49,547 nucleotides of DNA from Polyangiaceae bacterium (lineage in GTDB: Bacteria; Myxococcota_A; Polyangia; Polyangiales; Polyangiaceae). The notes under the pieces are model-generated. The model was not told the DNA's origin, did no database searches, and saw nothing but the letters and a program-made list of their open reading frames with translations. Shown here one piece after another: positions 9,433 through 18,537 of the stretch. The stretch covers positions 1-49,547 of the forward strand of contig JBGANF010000050.1 of the NCBI GenBank assembly GCA_044222475.1, read 5' to 3'. Position numbers and translations under genes: made by a program. Every line of letters begins with the position of its first letter. The first letter of the stretch is position 1.

Positions 9433-10047
9433 ATGGGTCGTCCTCCGAAGCCCGGCTCCGTGTCCCATCGCGTGCGCGAAACCTTCGACGGCGCGCACGC
9501 CGCTCTTCACGTGACGGTCCGCGTGGCTCGCCACGTGCCGAGTCTACGTAGCCAACGCGGTTTCGCGGTCGTGGCGCATGCCCTGAAAGCCGAAGCGCGC
9601 CGCGGCGAGCTTCGCGTCGTGCACTACTCGGTGCAGGGCAACCACGTTCACCTCGTCGTCGAGGCCGGCGACCGCACGGTGCTCGCTCGTCGAATGCAGG
9701 GGTTTTCGATTCGGTTCGCGAAGCGAGTCAACCGCGACGTCATGCGGCGTCGCCGCGGCAAAGTGCTCGACCGCCGATACCACGCGCGGGTCTTGGCTAC
9801 GCCGTCCCAGGTGCGCAACGCAATCTCGTACGTGCTGTTCAACCACGCACATCACGTTCCCACCACCGACCGCGCGCTCCTCGATCCGTACTCTTCGGCG
9901 CGCATCGAGACCCATTTCGCGCACGACGTCCGGGTCCCCACGTGGGCACCGGGAATCGGCCCACCCCCGGTGACCGAGCCGAGCGTCTGGCTGCTCAGGG
10001 CGGGGTACCGACGCGCCGGACGCATCGCAAACCCGTTCGTGAGCTGA
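9433..10047 (+). mobile_element. HUH Y1 transposase (IS200/IS605 TnpA / REP-associated tyrosine transposase-like), copy 1
   Basis: LHVTVR, HYSVQGNHVHLVVEA (HUH), YHARVL, AISYVLFN (catalytic Tyr helix). No tnpB adjacent. Confidence 0.85.
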
Positions 10048-10073
10048 GGACAGCGGCGCACGGTCACCTCACC

Positions 10074-11807
10074 TCACCGTGGCGACGGGTTGTTGAACTT
10101 CCCTCGCGGCGGATCCGCCCACTCGCACGCGGGGTCCGCAGAGGCCGCCGTGCACTTCTTGATGAACGCGAGCGCCTTCCCGTACTTGCCCGCGTCCCAG
10201 GTCTCGGCCGTGACCCCATCGAGGTTCAGCGGCATCCAGTGCGAATTCTCGAACTTCTTCCCGGTGTCGGTGATCTTGCCGAAGTAGACGTCGCCGGTCC
10301 CCGTCGACCAGTCGGTGAAGTTCCCGAGCGTGCTCCCCTGCGCGAGGGTGTGGCAGTTGGTGCACGCAGACGCCTCTTCGCTGATCAGCACCTTCGGGAT
10401 CTGGAACCCGAGCTTGTCACCGCCGACGATGTTGTACGGCGCGTCCGGGTTCGAGATCGGGAGATCGGGGAGCGCACCGAGCATCGGCACGATCGGCTTG
10501 CCGTTGCTCCGCTTCGCGCCGTCGATCCACGGCGAGTGCACGAACGGCCCGTTCGAGTGGCAGCTCCCCGAGCAGTAGCCCTGCACGTAGCTCGACCACA
10601 GCGACGTCGACTTCGACACGTCACCGGGGTGCGGGACGTGCTCGCCGTCCGTCCCGGAGCCGATCGAGTTCTGGAAGAAGCACGTTCGTCCCGTCTTGGG
10701 ATTGTGGCCAATCATCGCCACGTCGTTGAACTTCTTCGTGCCGAACATGCCCTTGCCGTCGTCCGCGACCTTGCGACAGAGGAGCACCCAGTGCGATCCA
10801 CGCGAGTTCTTGCCGGTGACGACCATCGGCCCGGGCTGAGTTCCGCCCGACGCGAGGTACATCCCGTGATCGGCCTTGTCGAGGCACTCGTAGCTCGAGC
10901 TGTCCGGGCCGAGCTCGCGACCGGGCGAGCACTTGTCGACCTCCTGCCCATCCACCATCGCCGGGATGCGCGCGCCCTCGACGCCCGCCACGGCGTGCTT
11001 GCCGTTCGCGCCGTTCGCGACGAGCTCGCGGCAGTCGAACGTCTCGTACTCGCCGTCTCGGATCTTCGGGAAGAACGGGATCTCGCCGAGCTCGCGTTCG
11101 CAGAGCTGTCCGTACTCGATCTGACTGGTGACGTTCGTCTCGTCGATCTCGCGCGACGGCTCGGCGCCACCGGCGTCGGCGGTCGCCGCGTCCGAGCCGC
11201 CATCGAGCCCGTTGGGTCCATCGAGCGGATGGATGCCCTCGCTGAGCGTCTTCAGGAACGCCTTGTCCTTGGTCGAGACGTCCCAGGCATAGGCGAGGTT
11301 CACCTGAAGCTTCGCCTTCACCGTGTCGCCCTTCAGCACGCACGCCTCGACGATCGGGTCGGGCATCTTCGCCATGGCGAGGGTCGCGCCGGGCACGTCA
11401 CCGGCGGCCCAGCGCGGGTCGCTGTAGAGCGTCGCGAGCGCGAAGACGCCCGGGTCGACCTTCGGCCCTTGGTAGACGACCTTGCCGGTGAGCTCGCGCG
11501 CCCCGCCCGAGCGGATCGGCTTCGCCAACCCGAGGCTCTTGCAGTCGAGCGTCTTCTCGGCGCCGAGCGTCATCTTGCCTGCGCGCACTCGAACGTAGAG
11601 CTGCTCGTCGTCCTCGAGCGGCTGCGCGAGCGTTGCTTGTACCTGGTGCGTCTTCTCGTCGAAGCGAAGCGAGAGGCCGAGCTTGTTGCGGACTCCCGAC
11701 ACGGCTTCCTCGGGTTCGTCGGCCGGCGCGCTGCAGTGGAGGAGCGAAGCCGCGACGGCAACGGCGAGAGCGGCGGTCAGAGCTGCGGACGGAACGATGT
11801 TACGCAT
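10074..11807 (-). CDS. Lipoprotein with c-type heme-binding motifs
   Basis: SLLHC lipobox-like; CSGSCH (CxxxCH) and CTNCH; GGGGAG SD before ATG 11807. Confidence 0.75.
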   Translation of the reverse strand: MRNIVPSAALTAALAVAVAASLLHCSAPADEPEEAVSGVRNKLGLSLRFDEKTHQVQATLAQPLEDDEQLYVRVRAGKMTLGAEKTLDCKSLGLAKPIRSGGARELTGKVVYQGPKVDPGVFALATLYSDPRWAAGDVPGATLAMAKMPDPIVEACVLKGDTVKAKLQVNLAYAWDVSTKDKAFLKTLSEGIHPLDGPNGLDGGSDAATADAGGAEPSREIDETNVTSQIEYGQLCERELGEIPFFPKIRDGEYETFDCRELVANGANGKHAVAGVEGARIPAMVDGQEVDKCSPGRELGPDSSSYECLDKADHGMYLASGGTQPGPMVVTGKNSRGSHWVLLCRKVADDGKGMFGTKKFNDVAMIGHNPKTGRTCFFQNSIGSGTDGEHVPHPGDVSKSTSLWSSYVQGYCSGSCHSNGPFVHSPWIDGAKRSNGKPIVPMLGALPDLPISNPDAPYNIVGGDKLGFQIPKVLISEEASACTNCHTLAQGSTLGNFTDWSTGTGDVYFGKITDTGKKFENSHWMPLNLDGVTAETWDAGKYGKALAFIKKCTAASADPACEWADPPRGKFNNPSPR

Positions 11808-11820
11808 TTCGCTCCCCATA

Positions 11821-11836
11821 CGCACCATGTGTGCCA
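11821..11836 (-). promoter_or_regulatory. Putative sigma-54 promoter
   Basis: TGGCACA-CATG-GTGCG on the minus strand. Confidence 0.6.
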
Positions 11837-12000
11837 ACCGCGCAGATCCTCCAACCTTGCGATACTTGGTCCACCATGTGGGAGGAACATAACCCAGTTA
11901 TGGGATTCGCCCGATCCACGTGGGTTTCAGAAGAGATACGGATCTCGCGACCGGCCGCGAGTTTTGGGTCCGTTTCGCGGATCCAGAGGCCCCGCGCTCG

Positions 12001-12016
12001 TGGCACGACCTCTGCA
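12001..12016 (+). promoter_or_regulatory. Putative sigma-54 promoter
   Basis: TGGCACG-ACCT-CTGCA, near consensus. Confidence 0.7.
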
Positions 12017-12028
12017 CACATCGTCGCC

Positions 12029-13900
12029 ATGCGTAACACTGTGATGGGCGCGCTCTTCGTCTCTCTGGCGATCGCTCCGGCGTGTGCCTCGTCGATCTCC
12101 GACGACGACACGATTCGAGTCGGTGCGCTCAGCGACGACGAGCTCGCGCGGAGCTCGCTCGAGATCATGGGCGCGAAGGTGAACGGTCAGCCCGGCGCCG
12201 GTCTCTGCCAGAGCTGCCACGACGTGGACAACCGCACCACCTTCAAGAAGTGGTCGGATCAGTACCAGGCGACGATGACGATCCTCTCGGACACGACGAA
12301 GTCCAAGGAGGAGCGCATCCACTCGATGCTCCGCGATCCGGCGGACGAGAAGTCGGGGTTCTACCCGGGCAAGATCGGGATCCTCACCGCGGGTGCCCAC
12401 CTCGGGGTCACGACGTACGTCCGCAAGGAGAAGCACCCGATCACCTTCGAGCAGAACACGCTCCTCGCGGACCTCTTCGACGGTCGAGACGATCTCTTCG
12501 AGCAGTTCAAGACCGACACGCTGATGCCGGTCGAGCCGCGCTTCGATCGTCTGAGCCCCACCCAGTACGAGACGATCGTCACGTGGATGAAGAAGGGGAT
12601 GCCGCACCTCGCGGACTACATCGCCGACGCCGGTCGCCCGACGACGTGCACCGACGACTTCACCAAGCTCCGCGACCACGCGCACCAGATCAAAGCCACG
12701 AGCTGGGCGGCGGCGAACCGCGACGCGAAGCTCCCGATGTTCGCGTGCCCGGCGAACGTCCAACCCGCCGACTGTTTCCAACAGAAGGGCACCACGGGCG
12801 ACCTCTTTCCGCTGTCGTCGGCGATGGCCTACGCGAAGGGCTGGTCCGTCCGCGGCGACTCGTTCCGCATCCTGCGCGAGCTCGAGTACGGCACCTTCTA
12901 CTGGTCGCGCACGTCGCCCGACGGTCGGTTCTTCGCCGCCGGCGGTGGTCCGCGCGAGGACAACACCCGAGCCGTCGTCGCCGATCTCGCCGCCGCGCTC
13001 GACCCGAGCGGCCCGAAGACGCGCGACATCCTCGTCGCAGCGGCCTACGACCCCGACTTCTACCCGTCGAACAACGGCTTCATGTTCCAGGGGACGAACA
13101 AGGGAGGCGCGTTCTGCTCGATGTCGCTCCTCACGAACCCGGCGACGAAGAAGATCACGTTCGACGAGCCGCAGTGCACCAAGCTCGACGCGATCAGCCT
13201 CTACCAGACCGTCGGTCAGGTCACGGGAGACAACTCCATCGGCGACATCTTCGTCGCGAACAGCACGTTTGCGAGCGACAACCCGTCGCTCACGAACGCG
13301 GCGCACGATCTCCAGCTCACCGCCGGGCCCGAGGCCAAGGTCACGGTCCACGTCGGGCTCGCGCTCGGCAACGACGCCGACTCCGGCTACCAGGTCCGCC
13401 AGCACGTCGAGCTGCCGACGCCGTTCAAGGGCGACACGATGATGTCGCGCACCGGTTCGATCCTCGGCAGCCGCGTCGCCGGCGAGACCCACGCGCTCGG
13501 CTACGCGATCGATCGGCTCACGTCGACGAAGTCCGCGTCCGGGTACAAGTTCGCTCTCGCCCCGCTCGGCCGGATCTGCATGCCCGGCAACAAGGCGAAC
13601 ATCTCGTTCGACGAGCGCTTCCTGGTGTCGCACCACTACGTGACGCGCGAGGACTTCCCGAGCGACGAGGCGTTCAAGGAGTACGGGGAGAAGGGAGCCT
13701 CGGACCTCTGGCTCGCCGACTTCGTCACCGGCGAGAAGACTCGGATCGCCCAGATGGCGCCCGGGCAGTTCGCGCTGTTCCCCCACTTCCGCTCGGACGG
13801 TTGGATCATGTTCGAGGTTCGCGACGCGAACACGAAGAAGGTCTACGTCGTTGCGAGCGACGCAGCGATCCGCGCCACCATCAAGGTCCCGACGCCGTGA
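12029..13900 (+). CDS. Lipoprotein with N-terminal CxxCH and C-terminal TolB-like propeller
   Basis: IAPAC lipobox; CQSCH; RTSPDGRF, NISFDERF, PHFRSDGWI propeller-like blades. Confidence 0.75.
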   Translation: MRNTVMGALFVSLAIAPACASSISDDDTIRVGALSDDELARSSLEIMGAKVNGQPGAGLCQSCHDVDNRTTFKKWSDQYQATMTILSDTTKSKEERIHSMLRDPADEKSGFYPGKIGILTAGAHLGVTTYVRKEKHPITFEQNTLLADLFDGRDDLFEQFKTDTLMPVEPRFDRLSPTQYETIVTWMKKGMPHLADYIADAGRPTTCTDDFTKLRDHAHQIKATSWAAANRDAKLPMFACPANVQPADCFQQKGTTGDLFPLSSAMAYAKGWSVRGDSFRILRELEYGTFYWSRTSPDGRFFAAGGGPREDNTRAVVADLAAALDPSGPKTRDILVAAAYDPDFYPSNNGFMFQGTNKGGAFCSMSLLTNPATKKITFDEPQCTKLDAISLYQTVGQVTGDNSIGDIFVANSTFASDNPSLTNAAHDLQLTAGPEAKVTVHVGLALGNDADSGYQVRQHVELPTPFKGDTMMSRTGSILGSRVAGETHALGYAIDRLTSTKSASGYKFALAPLGRICMPGNKANISFDERFLVSHHYVTREDFPSDEAFKEYGEKGASDLWLADFVTGEKTRIAQMAPGQFALFPHFRSDGWIMFEVRDANTKKVYVVASDAAIRATIKVPTP

Positions 13901-15273
13901 ACGCGCCGGCGATCTTCCGCGCCATCGCGTTCGCCGCGCTCGCGGCGGGCTGCGCGTCGGCCTCCGGCGACGACGCCGCGAAGAGCGGTGCCCTCCGCCC
14001 GGTCGAACGGAAGATCGTCGGGGAGGCGACGCCGTACCCGGGGGATCCGTCGCTCCGCGGGCAGTCGACGGAGCTCGCTCGGAACGTCGCTCTGCGCCGC
14101 CAGGTCGCGTGGAGAGCGGTGGCGAAGGTTCTTCGTCCGGTGGCGCTCGCCGAGTCGAGCTCGAAGGTCTCGTTGCCGCTCTTCCGTACGTGGTACGGCA
14201 AGGACGACTTCGAGCGCATGTTCGCCAAGACCTACGGCGACAAGACGCCGGCTGCGCGAAAGGTCCGTGCGCCGATCACCGACGGTGACGTCGACGCGGC
14301 GTTCCAGTGGAACGCGACGGACCAAGGATCCTTCGGGGACGACGACTACCTCGCGCGGGTCGCGGCGGTGAAGGACGGTGCGTTCGCCCAGGGGCTCGCC
14401 GGAAACGCGCGCGTCTCGTACAGCCCGCAGTTCGTCCGTCACATGATGAAACAGTACGCACCGGTCGACGCCTGTCTGCCGAAGCTCGGGACGTTCACTC
14501 GCACCGACCCGCCGCCGAGCGCCACGAACTTCGCGCCGTGCTTCTCCGAGGAGTTTCCGTTCGACGCCGCGCTCGTGAAGGCGTCGTTCTTCCGTGCAGA
14601 TTTCGGAATGACGGTCCCGACCCACGCGACCGATCCGGCGACGCTGACGAAGCGCCTCGCTGGCGAGCTCGACGACGGAGGCTGGGGCAAGGGCGAGGGC
14701 GCCGCCGATCCGGGGCCGTCGGCGATCTACACCGTGAAGACGAGCGACGGATCGACCTTCCGCATGCCGGCGCTGCACCTCGTCACCAAGGAGCTGCGCG
14801 AGTGGCTCTGGATCACGATCTGGTGGTCGGACCGACCGGACGAGGACTTCGGCGCCGATCGTCCCAAAGAGGTACGAGACCTAGGCGGCCCGTGGTCGCA
14901 CTACAAGATGAACGTCGCCGTGTCGTACGAAGAGGACGCGAAGGACGTCGGCGCTGGCCTGCCTCCGTCGCTCGCCGCCGCCCTCCGGGCGACGACCCCG
15001 GGGAACGGCGCCCCGAGCTGGGTCTCCAACCCGTACCTGGAGCGCGGCGGGAAGAACGCGCAGACGAACTGCATCGGTTGTCACCAGCACGCAGGCGACC
15101 CAGGCCTCTCGAGCGAGAACGTCCTCGCGGATCCGTCGCTGCCCGAGACCGGGCGAACGCGGATCCGCAAGAATTTCCCGGCCGACTACGTGTGGTCCCT
15201 CGACTTCGGCGGCGAGCTGCTGGGCCGCATCATCGAGCGTCAGGTCGACCACTACGACGCGGTCGATCGCTGA
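13897..15273 (+). CDS. Lipoprotein with C-terminal CxxCH (cytochrome c-like)
   Basis: GTG start overlapping the upstream stop; ALAAGC lipobox; LHLVTKELREWLWITIWW; TNCIGCHQHA. Confidence 0.78.
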   Translation: MNAPAIFRAIAFAALAAGCASASGDDAAKSGALRPVERKIVGEATPYPGDPSLRGQSTELARNVALRRQVAWRAVAKVLRPVALAESSSKVSLPLFRTWYGKDDFERMFAKTYGDKTPAARKVRAPITDGDVDAAFQWNATDQGSFGDDDYLARVAAVKDGAFAQGLAGNARVSYSPQFVRHMMKQYAPVDACLPKLGTFTRTDPPPSATNFAPCFSEEFPFDAALVKASFFRADFGMTVPTHATDPATLTKRLAGELDDGGWGKGEGAADPGPSAIYTVKTSDGSTFRMPALHLVTKELREWLWITIWWSDRPDEDFGADRPKEVRDLGGPWSHYKMNVAVSYEEDAKDVGAGLPPSLAAALRATTPGNGAPSWVSNPYLERGGKNAQTNCIGCHQHAGDPGLSSENVLADPSLPETGRTRIRKNFPADYVWSLDFGGELLGRIIERQVDHYDAVDR

Positions 15274-15277
15274 CCGG

Positions 15278-16483
15278 CTACTTCGTCACGAGGACCGTGT
15301 ATCGCGAGTCGACCAGGGCGTTCGCCGAGTCGTAGCAGCGCACGTTGACGGTGGTCCCAGTCCAGTTCTGGACGTTGCACACCGAGCTGCTGCCGTACGC
15401 CGACACCTTGACGTTGCCGTTGCTGAGGGTGAGGCCGGTGAACGCCATCGCATACGTGCCCGCTGCGGTGCGCGTCGCCGTCATCGCCTGCCCGGCGGAG
15501 TTGTATGCGAACGTCGCCGATGGCGCATAGCTCGCCGTGCCCGACTGGTCGGCCCATGCGTAGCCGAGCACGGTCGCCGTGCTGGACGTGTTCAGGATGA
15601 CGGTGACGGTGTAGAGGCTGTCGGCGAGCGTCCCGGCGTTGTCGTAGCAGCGGACGTTCACCGTCGAGGTGCCCCACGACTGCACGTTGCAGTTTCGATT
15701 GCTGCTGTACGCGCTGACCTGCATGTCACCGCTGCTGATCGTCAGGCCGGCGAAGGTCATCGTGTACGTGCCGGCCGCGGTGCGCGCCGCGGTGATCGCT
15801 CCGCCGCCGCTGTTGTACGAGTAGCTCGCGTTCGGCGTGTACGACGCCGTCGACATGTCGTTCGCCCACGCGTATGCCGCGACGCGCGCGTTGGTCACGA
15901 TGTTGTTGAGGACGACGGCGACGTCGTATCGCGAGTCGGCCGGAGCGTTCGCCGCGTCGTAGCAGCGGACGTTCACCGTGGAGCCCGTCCAGTTCTGGAC
16001 GTTGCAGTGCCGGTTCCCGCCGTACGCGGTCACCTGGACGTCACCCGAGCCGATCGTGAGCCCGGCGAACGTGATCGCGTAGATGCCCACCGCCGAGCGC
16101 GTCGCGGTGATCGCGCCGCCCGCCGAGTTGTACGAGTACGTCGCGTTGGGGGTGTACGAGGCGGTCGCCATGTCGTCCGCCCACGCGTACGCGGCGATGC
16201 CGGAGGCGACGCCTCCGTCCGGGGTCGCGTCGGGGACGCCGCTGTCGGTTGCAGCCTCCGACGTCGCGTCGAGATCGGCGTCGACCGCCGCATCGACGTC
16301 GGCGTCGGTGCCCGTGCTGGTGTCCTGTCCGCCGTCTGCCGGCTTCGCGTCGCCGCTGGCGTCGACGGCGGCGTCGGGGACGGGGGTGACGACGACTGGG
16401 TCGCCCGTACACGCGGCGAAGAGCCCGCCTACGGCGAGGGGAAGGAGGAGGGCGAGGGCACGGAGGGGGGTCGATCGGCGCAT
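15278..16483 (-). CDS. Lipoprotein with three tandem ~104-105 aa beta-rich repeats
   Basis: LFAAC lipobox; three copies of AYAWAD...YNS.G...TFAGL...VQV.AY...CNVQ.W...VNVRCYD...DSRY. Confidence 0.85.
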   Translation of the reverse strand: MRRSTPLRALALLLPLAVGGLFAACTGDPVVVTPVPDAAVDASGDAKPADGGQDTSTGTDADVDAAVDADLDATSEAATDSGVPDATPDGGVASGIAAYAWADDMATASYTPNATYSYNSAGGAITATRSAVGIYAITFAGLTIGSGDVQVTAYGGNRHCNVQNWTGSTVNVRCYDAANAPADSRYDVAVVLNNIVTNARVAAYAWANDMSTASYTPNASYSYNSGGGAITAARTAAGTYTMTFAGLTISSGDMQVSAYSSNRNCNVQSWGTSTVNVRCYDNAGTLADSLYTVTVILNTSSTATVLGYAWADQSGTASYAPSATFAYNSAGQAMTATRTAAGTYAMAFTGLTLSNGNVKVSAYGSSSVCNVQNWTGTTVNVRCYDSANALVDSRYTVLVTK

Positions 16484-16544
16484 CGCCGCACGTACCAACC
16501 GTGGTCGGAAAACTCCAGGGCCCCCGCCCAGGCGCTTCGCGGGC

Positions 16545-17765
16545 TCACGGGATGACTGTGATCGGATATCGCACCGTGGTCGTCGCCTTCGGGTCGCGGC
16601 TCCACGCCGGATACGTGGTCTTCTCGGCGGTCGTCTTCACGCAGGCCACGAGCGTCGCGTCGTCGAGCGCCGCAGGGACGTTCACCACGACGTCGCGGGG
16701 GGTGCCGTCGTTGCCGATCGCATAGGCGAGCTCGATCTTGCCGCCCGCGCCCGGTTTGCGGGCGAGGAGATCCTCGTAGCACTTGCGGAAGGCGCCGAAG
16801 CGAGCGCGAATCGCGCCCTGGATCTCGCCGGCGGCCAGCGCCTCGGGGAGCTTCATCGTGAACGGAGCGAGCGGCAGCGTGCTCATTCCGGCGAGCTTGG
16901 CCTCCATCGTACCAAGTTGGGACATTCGCGGTGCCGCGATCGTGACGAGCGGCGGAGCACCGGGCCGCTCTTTGACGACGACCATGCCGTCGCCGCGGCC
17001 GATGGCCGCCTGAATGTCGGCGAGCGGCGCGGCGAGCCACTTCTCGTAGCGCGCCGGCGGGATCGTCTCGGCGTCGACGTAGACGACGACGAGAGCCTTG
17101 TCGAGCTTCGACGCGTACTTGGGGATCCCGGTCCAGAACGTCTCGCGCGAGCTGTGGGTGTGGATCTTCGTCTTCACTTCGTCGCACAGCCCGCACGCGT
17201 CGACCGCGTTCTGGCGAAGCGCCGCGGCGACGTCGAACGGGCTCTGCACGCTCTCCTTCGAGCCGCCGCCGCCGAAGAGGTACATCTCGACCTCGACCTG
17301 ACGATCCGGCGTCGCGGCCGGCCAGTACTTCGCGAACGCACGGGCGCTGTCGGTCGGCGAGCCCTGGTCGCCGCGCCGCGACCACTGGCTCGGTGAAGTT
17401 TTTCCGGTGAGAAGGAGGAAGAGCTGCTTCTCGGCGTCTTCGTTCCCGGACGCCGTGGCGTCTTCGGCGAGCTGAATCGCGCGCTCGTGGTCGCCGGCCT
17501 TCTCGACGATGCGCGAGAGCGCGAGGGCGACGCGCGCGTGATCCTCCTTCTTCAGCGACGCGTCGCCGAGGAGCGTCTCCAGGCGCGCCTGCGCGGCGGC
17601 CGGGTCGCGCCCGGTCTCGGCGTCGGCGAGGGCTTCGTCGACGCTGCCGATCTGAGTGGTCTCCGCGGTCGTCGCGGCGCCGGTCGACTGGGTCGTCGGG
17701 GCGCCGTTGCCGCAGGCGGCGAGGGCAAGGGTGAGAGCGGCGAGGGAAACGAGCTTCGAGTTCAT
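16545..17765 (-). CDS. Lipoprotein with C-terminal AgmX/PglI (TonB-C-like) domain
   Basis: LALAAC lipobox; IQGAIRARFGAFRKCYEDLL...GKIEL...LVACV...VRYPI. Alternative start at 17780. Confidence 0.75.
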   Translation of the reverse strand: MNSKLVSLAALTLALAACGNGAPTTQSTGAATTAETTQIGSVDEALADAETGRDPAAAQARLETLLGDASLKKEDHARVALALSRIVEKAGDHERAIQLAEDATASGNEDAEKQLFLLLTGKTSPSQWSRRGDQGSPTDSARAFAKYWPAATPDRQVEVEMYLFGGGGSKESVQSPFDVAAALRQNAVDACGLCDEVKTKIHTHSSRETFWTGIPKYASKLDKALVVVYVDAETIPPARYEKWLAAPLADIQAAIGRGDGMVVVKERPGAPPLVTIAAPRMSQLGTMEAKLAGMSTLPLAPFTMKLPEALAAGEIQGAIRARFGAFRKCYEDLLARKPGAGGKIELAYAIGNDGTPRDVVVNVPAALDDATLVACVKTTAEKTTYPAWSRDPKATTTVRYPITVIP

Positions 17766-17823
17766 TGGTGTGGCCTCCATGAATCCACTCTGCGCTCCGA
17801 CTTTCTCGGCTCCGTCTTCGTCA

Positions 17824-17840
17824 TGTCATCCATCTGTCAC
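17824..17840. promoter_or_regulatory. OmpR/PhoB-type direct-repeat box
   Basis: TGTCAT-CCATC-TGTCAC, 11-bp period, upstream of 16545-17765. Confidence 0.55.
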
Positions 17841-17859
17841 CGCGCTGGCGCGGTGGGCG

Positions 17860-18537
17860 TCACCGGCTGAATCGGTACCCGGCGCCCCGCACGGTCACGA
17901 TGTGCACGGGATCGCGGGGATCGCGCTCGATCTTCGAGCGCAGTCGGTTGATGAAGTTGTCCACGGTGCGATCGGTCCCGAAGTAGTCCGCGCCCCACAC
18001 CGCGTCGAGGATCCGCTGCCGGGCCAAGAGGATGTTCTCGTTGCGGAGGAAGAACGTGAGGAGCTTGAGCTCGAGCGCGGTGATCTCGACCGGGGCGCCG
18101 TCGCTCGTCGCCGTGTGGGACGTGAAGTCCACCGTCATGCGGCCCACTGTGACCGGGCCGGTACCCTTCACGCGCCGCCGCCGCCGCAGCGCCGCGCCGA
18201 CGCGAGCCTTGAGCTCCGCGACGCCGACGGGCTTCACCACGTACTCGTCGGCGCCCAGCTCGAGGCCGCGCACCTTGTCGCTCTCCTCGCCCTTCGCGGT
18301 GATCATGACGATCGGCAGATCGGCGTCGCGCGCTCGCAGCTCGGCGAGGACCTCGTACCCGTTCTTGCCCGGCATCATCACGTCGAGCAGGACGCAGTCG
18401 GGGTTCTCCGCGAGCGCGACCTCGAGCCCCTCGTCGCCGGCCTTGGCGACGAGCACCTTGTACCCCGCGGCGCGGAGCGTCTTCTGCATGGCGAGCCGCA
18501 GCGCGGCGTCGTCTTCGACGATCAGGACGGTTTCCAT
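17860..18537 (-). CDS. OmpR-family response regulator
   Basis: LIVEDD, LLDVMMPG, GADEYVVKP, TVRGAGYRF winged helix. Confidence 0.95.
   Translation of the reverse strand: METVLIVEDDAALRLAMQKTLRAAGYKVLVAKAGDEGLEVALAENPDCVLLDVMMPGKNGYEVLAELRARDADLPIVMITAKGEESDKVRGLELGADEYVVKPVGVAELKARVGAALRRRRRVKGTGPVTVGRMTVDFTSHTATSDGAPVEITALELKLLTFFLRNENILLARQRILDAVWGADYFGTDRTVDNFINRLRSKIERDPRDPVHIVTVRGAGYRFSR

Noticed and set aside
8644..9534. ORFs with poly-AS, GS, EA, RF or LP dipeptides, including a 467-aa 'fusion' to the transposase
   Set aside because: The stop-free hexamer array opens multiple frames; homology to transposase copy 2 begins only after the array.
9433..10073. IS605/IS200 element with TnpB or omega-RNA
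   Set aside because: No RuvC/Zn-finger ORF follows either transposase copy; the next genes lie within 60 bp.
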